NCBI RefSeq assembly: GCF_009914755.1
Contig: NC_060928.1
Length of the DNA: 64,000 nt
Reading direction: 5' to 3' (one strand)
From: the human T2T-CHM13v2.0 reference genome, Homo sapiens
The notes below the pieces were generated by a model, which was not told where the DNA came from, made no database searches, and worked only from the letters and a program-made list of their open reading frames with translations. The position numbers and the translations under genes are program-made. Shown piece by piece: positions 14,080 to 27,199 of this stretch (position 1 is the first letter of the stretch; every line of letters begins with the position of its first letter).

Positions 14080-15482
14080 TCATATCCTGAGGCTTTGCTG
14101 TAGTTGCTTATCAGCTTAAGGAGATTTTGGGCTGAGATGATTGGGTTTTCTAAATATACAATCATGTCATCTGCAAACAGAGACAATTTGACTTCCTCCC
14201 TTTCTATTTGAATACCCTTTATTTCTTTCTCTTGCCTGATTGCCCTGGCCAGAACTTCCAATACTATGTTGAATAGACATGGTGAGAGAGGGCATCCTTG
14301 TCTTGTGCCAGTTTCCAAAGGGAATGCTTCCAGCTTTTGCCCATTCAGTGTGATATTGGCTATGGGTTTGTCATAAATAGCTCTCGTTATTTTGAGATAC
14401 ATTCCATTAATAGCTAGTTTACTGAGAGTTTTTAGCATGAAGTGGTGTTGAATTTTATCAAAGGCCTTTTCTACATCTATTGCAATAATCATGTGGTTTT
14501 TGTCATTGGTTCTGTTTATGTGATAGATTATGTTTATTGATTTGCATATGTTGAACCAGCCTTGTATCCCAGGGATGAAGCCAGCTTGATCATGGTGGAT
14601 AAGCTTTTTGATGTACTGCTGGATTTGGTTTGCCAGTATTTTATTGAGGATTTTCACATCAATGTTCATCAGGGATATTGGCCTGAAATTTTCTTTTTTT
14701 GTTGTGTCTCTGCCAGGTTTTGGTATCAGGATGACATTGGCCTCATAAAAGTTAGGGAGGATTCCCTCTTTTTCTATTGTTTGCAATAGTTTCAGAAGGA
14801 AAGGTACCAGCTTCTTTTTGTACCTCTGGTAGAATTCGGCTGTAAATCCATCTAGTCCTGGGTTTTTTTTTGGTTGGTAGGCTATTAATTACTGCCTCAA
14901 TTTCAGACCTTTTTATTGGTCTATTCAGAGATTCAACTTCTTCCTGGTTTAGTCTTGGGAGGGTGTTTGTGTCCAAAAATGTATCCATTTCTTCTAGATT
15001 TTCTACTTTATTTGCTTAGAGGTGTTTATAGTATTCTCTGATAGTAGTTTGTATTTCTGTGGGATCAGTGGTGATATCCCCTTTATCATTTTTTATTGTG
15101 TTTATTTGATTCTTCTCCTTTTCTTCTTTATTAGTCTGGCTAGCAGTCTATCTATTTTGTTAATCTTTTCCCAGCTCCTAGATTCAGTGATTTTTTAAAA
15201 GGGTTTTTCATGTCTCTATCTCCTTCAATTCTGCTCTGATCTTAGTTATTTCTTATCTTCTGCTTGCTTTTGAAATTGCTCTTGCTTCTCTAGTTCTTTT
15301 AACTGTGATGTTAGGGTGTTGATTTTAGATCTTCCCCCCTTTCTCCTGTGGGTATTCAGTGCTATAAATTTCCCTCTAAATACTGCTTTAGCTGTGTCTC
15401 AGAGATTCTGGTATGTTGTGTCTTTGTTCTCTTTGGTATCAAAGAACTTATATATTTCTGCCTTAATTCTGTTATTTACCCA
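14080..15482 (-). mobile_element. Inverted 5' segment of an L1PA7-like element (ORF2 linker and reverse-transcriptase region)
   Basis: ORF 14013..14786 encodes L1 RT motifs ([32 protein letters not shown]). Joined back-to-back to the plus-strand 3' segment at about 15482. Confidence 0.93.
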
Positions 15483-16490
15483 AAGGGCTAATACCCACAA
15501 TCTACAAAGAACTTAAACAAATTTACAGTAAAAAAAACACACAACCCTATCAAAAAGTGGGCAAAGGATATGAACAGACACTTCTCAAAGGAAGACATTT
15601 ATACGGCCTACAAACATTTGAAAAAAAGCTCATCATCACTGGTCATTAGAGAAATGCAAATCAAAACCACAATGAGATACCATCTCATGCCAGTTAGAAT
15701 GGTGATCATTAAAAAGTCAGGAAACAACTTTTTCAAGTCAGGAAACGTTAAAAAGTCAGGAAAAAACTTTAAAAAGTCATGAAACAACTTCAAAAAGTCA
15801 GGAAACATCCTGGAGAGGATGTGGAGATATAAAAACAGTTTTACACTCTTGGTGGGAGTGTAAATTAGTTCAACCATTGTGGAAGACAGTGTGATGATTC
15901 CTCAAGGATATAGAACGAGAAATACCAATTGACCCAACAATCCCATTACTAAGTATATACATAACCAAAGGATTGTAAGTCATTCTACTATAATGACACA
16001 TGCTCACGTATATTTACTGCAGCACTTTTCACAATAGCAAAGCCTTGGAACCAACCCAATGGCCCATCAATGATAGACTGGATAAAGAAAATGTGGCACA
16101 TATACACCATGGAATACTATGCAGCCATTAAAAAGGATGAGATTATGTCATTTGCAGGGACATGGATAAAGCTGGAAACCATCATTCTCAGGAAACTAAC
16201 AAAGGAACAGAAAAAAAAAACACTGCATGTTGTCACTCATAAGTAGGAGTTGAGCAATGAGAACACGTGGACACAGGGAGGGGAATATCACAGACTGGGG
16301 CCTATTGGGGGCTGGTGGGCTGGGGGAGGGATAGCATTAGGAGAAACATCTATTGTAGATGACAGGTTGATGGGTACAGCAAACCACTATGTCATGTGTA
16401 TAGCTATGTAACAAACCTGCACGTTCTGCACATGTATCCCAGAACCTAAAGTATAATAAAGATAAATAAATAAATAAATAAATAAATAAA
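15483..16490 (+). mobile_element. L1PA7-like 3' segment (ORF2 C-terminus, 3'UTR, (TAAA)n tail)
   Basis: MNRHFSKEDIY...[11 protein letters not shown]. 3'UTR gtagatgacaggttgatggg...ttctgcacatgtatcccagaacctaaagtataataaa, then a (TAAA)n tail. Confidence 0.93.
15709..15807 (+). repeat. Five imperfect tandem copies of a ~20-bp L1 motif (aaaaagtcaggaaacaac)
   Basis: The core aagtcaggaaa (once aagtcatgaaa) occurs five times in about 100 bp. Canonical L1 has one copy. Confidence 0.9.
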
Positions 16491-16652
16491 TTTAAAAACA
16501 ATTATGAGAATTGGAAAATTGAATGCTTATACTACTAGAGATGCTTTCACTACTGACACTGAATGATAAACATACTACAGCCACTACAAAGGAACAGCTA
16601 AATATGAAAAAAAATTAAATTTGATAAATTAGCCTTATTTAAAATAAACTTT

Positions 16653-16960
16653 GGCTGGTTGCGGTGGATCACGCTTGTAATTCCAGCACTTTGGGAGGCC
16701 GAGGCAAGCAGATCACTCGAGCCCAGGAGTTCGAGACCAGCCTGGGCAATGTGGCAAAACCCCGTGTCTACTCAAAATAGAAAAATTATCCAGGGGTGGT
16801 TGTGCACACCTGTACTCCCAGCTATTCAGAAGGCTGAGGTGGGCAGATCCCTTGAGCCCAGGAGGTCCAAGCTGCAGTTAGTCATAATCTCACTACTGCA
16901 CTTCAGCCTGGGAGACAGAGGACACTCTTTCTCAAAAAGAAAAAACAAACCCAAACCCCA
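16653..16960 (+). mobile_element. Alu SINE, AluJ-like
   Basis: J-type diagnostics (gagcccaggagttcgagaccagcctgggcaa; cttgagcccaggaggtccaagctgcag). Short TSD aaacttt. Confidence 0.92.
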
Positions 16961-19398
16961 AAACTTTACTGTTAGCAAAATTTCTGATTTTTATAGCTAA
17001 TTTATAGCTATAAATGTATAGATGTTTGTTTTGGCCATTATATATAGTGCTTACAAAGCTACTGAAAGGAATTAGAAAGTTTATTGTATGCTTTCCAATT
17101 GTATGCATAATACACCTGTTCCTCAAAGTATATTAACTGATTTCTCCAAAAGGCCAATTATCGAATATTCTAATATTTGAGGCAGACTGAATATGGATTC
17201 AGGGTTATTATAAGTGTAGAGATTTATGTGCATCACAGGTAGATAAAGACATGATGAAGTTAAAGTTTTTATTGCCAAGAAATACATATTTTCTAGGTCT
17301 ATTCAGAAAATTAGCTGCATATGTGTGAAACTGTTATCATCTGCTTTCCATTTTTCCATCTGGGTCAAAGGATAGTGTCCGTCAAATCTCTTGCTCAAAC
17401 ATAATGCACTATAATTTGCTGTTCTCTATATATACTAGTCTAAAATTCTATTAAAATAGATATTTGGTTGGGCCAGATATTCATTCATTCATTTACTCAT
17501 TCAATGATAATTTCTAAAGATACACAATGATTTATTATTAGTGAATGTGTGCTGGAATTTAGTGACCGTCATTTTCTAAGTGCTCGCAAGGCGTCAGTTC
17601 TGTAAGCATTCCATAATTTTGCTAGTCTATGATTTTTGGAATTTAATGTTGAGCTTTTAAAATCTCCAATAATGTTTTCTCTATTTTGTTTTTGATTGTT
17701 GAACAGAATATTTTGTCCTGTGAGCAAGCAACTATGACTAAGCATAAAATATATAGTCAGAATTTGTCATAATTTTAATATATTCAACAAATAAAAATTA
17801 ATTTTTACTTTAAAAATAAATATATACATATATTTTTCAAAATTACTAGTTCATTGCATTTTGAATAAATGGTGGAATGTTTATTGAATAAATAAATGAA
17901 TAGAATAATTATTTTTTTCTTATGTGAGGCTAAAGTCAATAGTATCAGCTTAGTATGCAGAACAGCCATGGGTATAAAAACAGAAAGTTTAGATAGCGTG
18001 CTCTATAGACATATTATAAATTAAAAGGAAGATAAAGGGTGATTAATATAGATAAGTATAACAACAGATATGTAATATTACTCCGGGTATAGATTAGACA
18101 ACATGCTTCTATTTATACTTTTTTACATATTCCATATGTATTTTGCCTTTATTAAAATCCAAGATATTTTCTCTTTTATACCTAGTAGTATATAAGAGAT
18201 TTTGACTGGGGACAGAACTGGGAGGAAAAGGAGAGAAATATGGGAAAGATGGTGGTGTGTCTGTTTCCTTTGTGGCACTATGGGTTAAATCTGAGCAGCT
18301 AAGATTAGGGAATGAAGGCTCCAGGCTCTCAGGATTCCATAAGGAAGACTATATAAGTTTCCAGATATGGTATTCAAGTAACTACATGTGATAGCGGGTT
18401 GGCAAGAAGCCTTTCGCTTATTAGAGAACTTCTTATTATTCTGACTCTCCAGGGAAGAAATGCCCTCAGAGCATTGAGAGAAACTTTCCTGGTAGCATTT
18501 CAGAATAGTGAGTGACTGTGGTAAATTTCCTGTTAGCAACTAGAGAAGCAGGTGCAGGGAAGTAAGAGTAATACCTGAGTAACACAGCTTGGAGACTGAA
18601 GTTTATAAGTTCACAAATGGGCATGAGTGAAGAGCTCCTCTGAGACACTAGAAATAAGTACACAATGCTGTGAAGGGGAGAGCTTGCTCACCATTTCATA
18701 GGTCATTGCTATCAAACAAAGAGTCATTTGAGTGGACAAGTAATGGAGTTGCCAAGCAATTTGGAGGACCCAACAGAAATTGAAAACCATAAATCTGCCC
18801 TGCCTGGCAGAGTTATGTAGTTTTGCCAGCAAAGCTCAGGAGAGGGAAAAAGCTATTGATTAGAGAGATCCAGTTTGGAAATGGGTTTAAATGAAAGCAT
18901 CACAGAGCAGGAGAAGAAGGGAATTGAAGATGAGTGTGGGCTGAAATTGCTAGACATGATGATGAATTTTGTTAGAAATGTAAAGTCAAGAATCAAATGA
19001 TAATTTAAAAATATATGGAGGAATTTAAAGTCTGAAGTGAATAAAAAATATATTTATCAGGGATAAGTGTTTGTTATCAGATAGAGGAATTTCATATTAA
19101 TGGTTTAGAATGCATTTCCATTCAGGGAGATAATAAATCCTGAATGAAGCCTCAGGCATGGAGTACTAAAGAAAAATAAAGTGAAAGTTGTTGTCATAGA
19201 AAAATATTATGAAATTGTGAGGAAACTAAAGTTACTCAGGACAAAGTAAGAGTGAAAATAGAATAAAACAAAGTCAGAAGCTACATTCTCCTCAAAATGC
19301 TGGAATATGTATGCAATGAGAAGATGTATTGATTGAGAAAAATTAGCCTTGACTGTTGTAAAGCCATTCTAAAATCTCATTCATTATACCAATAAAAC

Positions 19399-19539
19399 TT
19401 TATTATTTTATTTATATTATTTTAATTAACAAATCATAATTGTATTACATTTATGAAGCACAATGTAATATTTTAATAGAGTATAAAATGTGAAAAGATT
19501 TAACCAAGCTAATTAACATAGCTATTACCTCACTTACTT
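19399..19539 (-). mobile_element. L1MA-type 3' end fragment
   Basis: T-rich tail, then aagctaattaacatagctattacctcac, typical of L1MA 3'UTR antisense. Confidence 0.7.
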
Positions 19540-22500
19540 GCTTTGCTGGGTGGGACCTCCCAGCCAGGCCCTCTAGCCACGCGCCCCGACCTTCACATAT
19601 TACTGACAGAGCTCTGATGTCTCCAAGGGATGGAGTGCCTGCGGGACAGGAGGACTGCCACCTGGGTTGATTGGACCACTCAGCCATTCCAGCCTGTGAG
19701 CATTGGACTGTCCAAGCAGACAGGGGCAGAGGAGGTTCCCCACCATGACACAACTGTTTTGTCAGGCATGTCCAGACTGTTTCTTTAAGCATGACACAGA
19801 TCCACTTTTCCTCTTGGGGCTGTTCTCCCAGCCGGCGCCTTCAGCCACCCCCACCCATGTTCTACAGGGACAACAGAGCTCTAATTTCTCCCTGGGACGG
19901 AGTGACTGATGGGCCAGGCAGGCTGCCGCCTTAGCCATTCAGGTTTCTCAGCCGGTCCAGCCTGTGGGTCTTGGAGAGCCCAAATCAACTGAAGGCTAAA
20001 GGGATCCCCAACACAACACAGCTGCTCTACCGCAGCCAGACTGCTGCTTTAAGCAGTTCCCTGATTCTGTTCCTCCTGACTGGGTGATACCTCATAACTG
20101 GGTTCTCCAGACACCTCCTACAGGTGCCTTCAGGCCTGCAATAGGTCAGTACTCCCCTGGGATGGAGCTTCTAGAGGAAGGGGCAGGATGCCATCCTTGC
20201 TGTTTCACAGCTTTCACAGCCTTCACTGGTGATACCTCCAGGTACAAGAAAAACCAAGGCAACTAGGGTCTGGAGCAGACCCCGAGCAAACTACAGCCAC
20301 CCTGTGGAAGTGTGGCCAGACTGTTGAAAGACAAACTAACAGACAGAAAGCACAACCACCACCAATACGACCCCACAAAAACTCACCAAATGTCAGCAGC
20401 CTCAAAGATTAAAGTTAAATATGCCCAAAGATGAGAAAAAATAAACATAAAAATGCTGAAAACTCAAAAAGCCAGAGTGCCCCTTTTCCTACAAAACTGA
20501 AACACCCTTACAGAAAGGGCTCAAAACTGGGCTAAGGCTGAGATGGCTGAAATGGCAGAAGTAGGCTTCAGAAAGTGGATAATAATGAACTTCGCTGAGC
20601 TAAAGAAACACGTTGTAAACCAGTGTAAAGAAGCTAAGAATTATAAAGCAATACAGGAGTTGAAGCCAAAATAGCCAGTTTAGAGAGGAACACAACTACC
20701 TTGTTAGAGATGAAGAAACAAAAACAAAACAAAAAATACTACAAGAACTTCACAATGCAATCACAAGTGTTAATAGCAGAATAGACCAAACAGAGGAAAG
20801 AATCACAAGCTTAAATAGTATCTTTCTGAAATAAAAGAGGCAGACAAGATTAGAGAAAAAAATAATGAAAAAGAATGAACACAACTTCTGAGAAATATGG
20901 GATTATGTAAAAAGACTGAATCTACAACTGATTGGAGTACCTGGAAGGGATGGGGAGAATGGAACCAAGTTGGAAAACATACTTAGGGTATCGTCACGGA
21001 GAACTTCCCCAACCTAGCAAGCCAGAACAACATTCAATTTCAGGGAATGCAGAGAATACTGGTAAGATACTTCATGATAAAATCATCCCTAAGACATGTA
21101 ATCATCAAATTCTCCAAGGTCAAAATGCAAGAAACTCTAAGGGCAGCCAGAGAGAAAGGCCAGGACACCTGCAAAGGGAAGCTCATCAGGCTAACGGTGG
21201 CCTCTCAGGGGAAACACTACAAGCCAGAAGAGACTGGAGGCATTTCAACATTCTTAAAGAAAAGATTTTTCAACCCAGAATTTCATATCTGGCCAAACTA
21301 AGCTTCATAAGTAAAGGAGAAATAAGATCCTTTTTAGACAAGCAAATGCTGAGGAAATTCAATACCACCAAACCTGCCTTGAAATAGCTTCTGAAGGAAG
21401 CAGTAAATATGGAAAGGAAAAACCATTACCAGCCACTACAAAAACACAGACCAGTGACATTATGAAGCAACCGCATAAAAAGTCTGAAAAATAACCAGCT
21501 AGCAACATCATGACAAGATCAAATCTACACATAACAATACTAACCTTAAATGTAAATAAGCTAAATCCCTCTACTAAAAGACAGAGAATGGCAAGTTGGA
21601 AAGGGAACCAAGACCCATCAGTATGCTGTCTTCAAAAGACCCTTCTCACATGCAAAGACACACATAGGCAAAAAAAAAAAAAAAAATGGAGGAAAACTTA
21701 CCAAGCAAATGGAAATCAGAAAAAGCAGATGTTGCAATCATTGATTCTGACAAAACAGACTTTAAACCAGCCAAGATCAAAAAAGACAGAAAAAGGGGCA
21801 TTACATAATGGTAAAGGGTTAAATTCAACAAGAGGAGCTGACTATTCTAAATATATATGCAACCAATACTGGAGCACCCATATTCATAAAGCAAATTCTT
21901 AGAGACCTTAAAAGAGACTTACACCCCTCACAATAAGAGTGGGAGATTTTAACACCCCACTGACAATATTAGACAGATCATCAAGATGGAAAATTAACAA
22001 AGATATTCAGGACACGAACTCAGCTCTGGATCAAGTGGACCTGATCAATATTTACACAATTTTCCTCCCCAAAACAACAGAATATACATTCTTCTCTTTG
22101 CCACATGGATCCTACTCTATAATTGATCACATAATCAGAAGTCAAAGACTTCTCAACAACTCAACAAAATGAAAAGAAATGAAATTATGTAAACAGTTGC
22201 TCAGACCACATCACAGTCAAGTTAGAACTCAAGATTAAGAAATTCACTCAAAGCCACACAACTACATTAGAAATCTGCTCCTGAGTGACTCTTGGGTAAA
22301 TAATGTAATTAATGCAGAAATTGAGAAGTTGTTTGAAACTAATGAGAACAAAGATACAAAGTACCAGAATCTCTGGGATGCAGTTAAACCCGTGTTAAGA
22401 GGGAAATTTATAGCACTATATGCACACATAAAAAAGCTAGAAAGATCTCAAGTTAACAACCTAACATCACAACTAAAGAAACTAGAGAACGAAGAGCAAA

Positions 22501-25500
22501 CAAACCCCAAAACTAGCAAAGACAAGAAATAACCAAGATCAGAGCTGAACTGAAGGAGATAGAGACACACACACACAAAAAACCTTCAAAAAAATCAATG
22601 AATGCATGCATTAGTCTGTTTTCATGGCAGTGATAAAGATATACCCAAAACTGGGTAATTTATTAAAAAAAAAAGGTTTAAAAACTCACAGTTCCACATG
22701 GCTGGGAAGGCCTCACAATCATGGCAGAGGCAAACAGCATGTCTTACATGGTGGCAGGCAAGAGAGAATAAGAACCAAGCAAAAGGGAAAACCCCTTATA
22801 AAAACATCAGATCTTCTGTGAGACGTATTCTCTACCACAAGAACAGTATGGGGGAAACTAACCACATGATTCCATTATCTGCCACTGGGTCCCTCCCACA
22901 ACACATGGGAATTATGGGGGCTAAAATTCAAGATGATATTTGGGTAGGGACAGAGCCAAACCATATCAATCCAGGAGCTTTTTTTTTCTTGAATAAAAAA
23001 ATACATAGATCACTAGCGAGACTAATAAAGAACAAAAGAGAAGATTCAAATAAACACAATTAGAAATGATAAGGGGGATAGCATCACTGACCCCACCGAA
23101 ATACAAATAAACATTAGAGAATGTTACAAAGACCTCTGTGCAAATAAACTAGAAAATATAGAAGAAATAGGTACATTCCTGGACACATACACCCTCACAA
23201 AACTGAGCCAGCAAAAATTGAATTCCTGAATAGATCAATAACAAGTTCTGAAATTGAGGCAATAATAAGTAGCCTACCAACAAAAACATTGCCCAGGACC
23301 AGACAGATTCACAGCTGAATTCTAACACAGGTACAAAGAAAAGCTGGTACCATTTCTACTGAAACTATTCCAAAAAATTTAGTAGGAGGTACTCCTTCCT
23401 AACCGATTCTATGAGGCCAGCATACTCCTGATAACAAAACCTGGCAGAGATACAGCAAAAAACAAAACTTCAGGTCAATATACTTGACAAACATAGATGT
23501 AAAAATTCTCAATAAAATACTGGCAAACCAAATCCAGCAGCACATCAAAAAGCTTATTTGCCATGATCAGGTAGGCCTCATCCCTGAGAAGCAAGGCTGT
23601 TTCAGCATATGCAAATCAATAAATGTGATTCATCAAATAAACAGAGCTAAAGACAAAAAACATGATTATCTCAATAGACACATAAAAGGCCTTCAATAAA
23701 ATTCAACATCTCTTCATTTTAAAAATGCTCAATAAGATAGGTGTTGAAAGAACATACCTCAAAATAAAAAGAGCCATATATGACAGACCCACAGCCAATA
23801 TCATACTGCATGGGCAAAAGCTTGAAGCATTCACCTGGAAAACTGGCACAAGAAAAAACGCCTGCACTCACCAATCCTATTCACCATTGTATTGGAAGTT
23901 CTGGCCAGGGCAATCAGGCAAGAGAGAGAAATAAAGGGTATTCAAATGGAAAGAGAGAAAGTAAAACTATCTTTGTTTGAAGATGACATGATCCTATATC
24001 TAGAAAGCCCCATTGTCTCAGCCGAAAAGCTTTTTAAACTGATAAGCAACTTCAGGAAATTCTCAGGATATAAAATCAATGTGCAAAAACTGCTAGCATT
24101 CTGATACACCAAGGACAGGCAAGCCAAGAGCCAAATCACAAATTAACTCTCATTCACAATTGCCACAAAAAGAATAAAATCCTAGGAATATAGTTAACCA
24201 GGGAAGTGAAGGACCTCTTCAAGAAGAACTACAAAACACTGCCTAAAAAATCAGAGAGTACACAAACAAATAGACAAACATTTCATGCTCATGGATTGGA
24301 AGAATCTATACTATGAAAATGGGCATACTGCCCAAAGCAATTTATAGATTCAATGCTATTCCCATTGAAGTACCATTGACATTCTTCAAGGAATTCGAAA
24401 AAAATTATTTTAAAACTCAAATAAAACCAAAAAAGAGCTCAAGTAGCCAAGACAATCCTAAGCAAAAAGAGCAAAGATGGAGGCATCTTGCTACCTAACT
24501 TCGAACTACACTACAAGGCTACAGTAACCAAAACAGCATGGTACTGGTACAAGAACAGACACATAGACTAATGGAACAACATAGAGAACCCAGGAATAAG
24601 ACTACACACCTACAACCATCTGTTCTTCAACAAACCTGACAAAAACAAATAATGAGGAAAGAATTCCCTATTTAATAAATGGTGCTGAGAGAACTGGCTA
24701 GCCATATGCAGACAATAGAAACCAGACCCCTTCCATATGTCTTATACAAAAACTAACTCAAGATGGATTAAATACTTAAATATAAAACCCCAAAACATAA
24801 AAACCCTAGAAGAAAATCAAGGAAATATCATTCAGGACATAGGCCTGGGCAAAGATTTTATGACAAAGACACCAAAAGCAACTGCAACAAAAGCAGAAAA
24901 TTGACAAATAGGATCTAATTAAACTAAGGAGCTTCTGTACAGCAAAAAAAGTACTATCATCAGAGTGAACAGACAACCTACAGAATATAAGAAAATTTTT
25001 GCAATATATCCATCTGGCACAAGTCTAATATCCAGTATCTACAAGGAATTTAAACAAATTTACAAGAATAAAACAGACAACCCCTTTGAAAAGTGGGCAA
25101 AGAACATCAACAGACACTTCTCAAAAAAAAAGACACACATGTAGCCAATAAACATACAAAAAAAGCTCAACATCACTGATCACTAGGGAAATGCAAATCA
25201 AAACCACAATGAGATACCATCTCATACCAATCAGAATGGCTATTATTAAGAAATGAAAGAACAACAGATGTTGGTGAGGTTGCAGAGAAAAATGAACGTT
25301 TTTATGCTGTTGGTGGGAATGCAAATTAGTTCAACGATTGTGGAAGACAGTGTGGCAAATCCTCAAAGACATAGAGGCAGAAATACCATTTGACACAGCA
25401 ATCCATTACTGGATATATACCCAATATAATATAAATTATTCTATTATGAAGATACATGGACACATATGTTCATGGTAGCACTATTCACAATAGCAAAGAC

Positions 25501-25981
25501 ATGCAATCAACCTGAATGCCCATTAATGATAGATTTGATAAAGAAAATGTGGTACATATACACCATGGAATACTATGCAGCCATAAATAGAAATAAGATC
25601 ACGTCCTTTTCAGGAACATAGATGGAACTGAAAGCTGTTATTGTCAGCAAACTAATGCAAAAACAGAAAATCAAACATTGCATGTTCTCACTTATAAGTG
25701 GGAGCTGAATGATGAGAAACATGAACACATGGCTGGGGAACAACACACTGGGGCCTTTTGGAGAGTGAGGGATGAGAAGAGGAAGAGCATCAGGAAGAAT
25801 AGCTAATGGATGCTGGGCTTAATACTTACGTGATAAGATGATCTGTGCAGCAAACCACCATGGGACATGTTTACCTATGTAAAAAATCTGCACATTATGC
25901 ATACATTTCCCCAAACTTAAAATAAATGTTGGAAATCAAAAAAACAAAATAAAATAAAATAAGATAAAATAAAATAAAAAA
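19540..25981 (+). mobile_element. Near-full-length L1PA12-like LINE-1, inactive and interrupted by a THE1C LTR
   Basis: GC-rich 5'UTR with ~267-bp repeated units. ORF1 remnants (FQPRISYLAKLSFISKGEIRSFLDKQMLR), ORF2 EN and RT remnants ([29 protein letters not shown]). 3'UTR aggaagaatagctaatggatgctgggcttaatac and a (AAAAT)n tail. Many stops and frameshifts. Confidence 0.95.
22607..22968 (-). mobile_element. THE1C-like MaLR solo LTR nested in L1 ORF2
   Basis: tgcattagtctgttttcat...ccaaaccatatca. 5-bp TSD atgca/atcca. The L1 sequence resumes in register on both sides. Confidence 0.9.
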
Positions 25982-26787
25982 GAATGTTGTGAAAAGGTTG
26001 TCATGGGAACAAAGTTTATTCAGGCTGAGAGGTTTGAGCATCCTTTGTGAAAATAATGAAGATAGATCAAAGTTGTATAAGACATGGTCCTAAAAGTAAG
26101 TGTATGAGTTGGATGAGGGAGGATACTGTGAAAGTGTAGGTCAGCTGGATATTGACTTGGATGGAATAGATAAAGAATGGCTTTTACCAATGAAAACCAT
26201 CAGATAGCATGGAAATGGAAAGAACAGGCTAATGGGGAAAGATAAGTGGCACATTTGCAAATAATTTCATAAAATTTGAGTGAAAAATTACACATCAATA
26301 TTCCTGCCACCAAATGTCTCTATACCTGCCTACAGCAACACAGAGTAAAATGAAATCTAACAGACATCATCCATAGTTGTGTGATGGGACTGATTTTTAG
26401 ACTAAAAAAGTAAAACCATGTAACATATACATTTTAATTTGGCAGCTATTTTCATGCTAGTGTAATAATTATTTTAGTCTCCTCCATCTTTACTCTTCAC
26501 TCATTTATTAAAATCATAAACTTTATTTGGTCCTTTGCTATCTACTTGCCAATGACAGAGAAATAAAAACTCAACTTCGCAATTCCTGATGTCAACATGC
26601 TTAAAAGGTAGTGGAGATGATATACTATCAGGATCTGCTTTGAGGTGCCACAAGTGGGATAGGTATGCTCATGGGCACAAAAATATGACCAGGTCAAAAA
26701 AAGCTTTTCTGAGATGACACTTACACCGATTGGAAAAATAAAGATAGCAACCACAATAAGGTAGCTTATTTAATTGGCCAAGAAATG

Positions 26788-26828
26788 AAGTGTGTGTGTG
26801 CGTGTTTGTGTGTGTGTGTGGGTGTGTA
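26788..26828. repeat. (TG)n microsatellite
   Basis: Imperfect TG run. Confidence 0.85.
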
Positions 26829-26843
26829 TGATGACTACTACCA

Positions 26844-27195
26844 CAGTAGCCCACCCCCTTACCTTCAGGGAATACATTCCAAGAACCCCAGTGGATACAT
26901 GAAACCGCAGATATTCTTGAACCTTATATACACCACGCTTTTTCCTATACATACACACTTATGATAAAGTTTAACTACAACTTTGTCACAATGACTGATT
27001 AACAAGAATAACAATAAAATAGAACAATTATAACAATATACTATAATGAAAGTTAGACAAATATGAACCATCTTTCTCTTGCTCTCTTTCTTTCAAAATA
27101 TCTTACTATATTGTACCCAACATTTTTTGGACAGTAGTTGACCTCCAATAACTGAAACTGCAGAAAGCAAAATCATAGATAAGTCAGGACTCCTA
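26844..27195 (-). mobile_element. MER44A-like TcMar-Tigger MITE
   Basis: TIR-like ends cagtagcccaccccctta / gataagtcaggactccta. Internal aaaatagaacaattataacaatatact matches the recalled MER44A consensus. Confidence 0.8.
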
Positions 27196-27199
27196 TATT

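Noticed and set aside
14013-14786. 257-aa ORF with reverse-transcriptase motifs as a possible domesticated or novel RT gene
   Set aside because: It is a fragment of L1 ORF2 between a frameshift and the element edge, with a non-ATG start. This is ordinary L1 decay.
15709-15807. CRISPR-like appearance of short repeats (also 61903-62019)
   Set aside because: No unique spacers, no cas genes, and both arrays lie inside primate retroelements.
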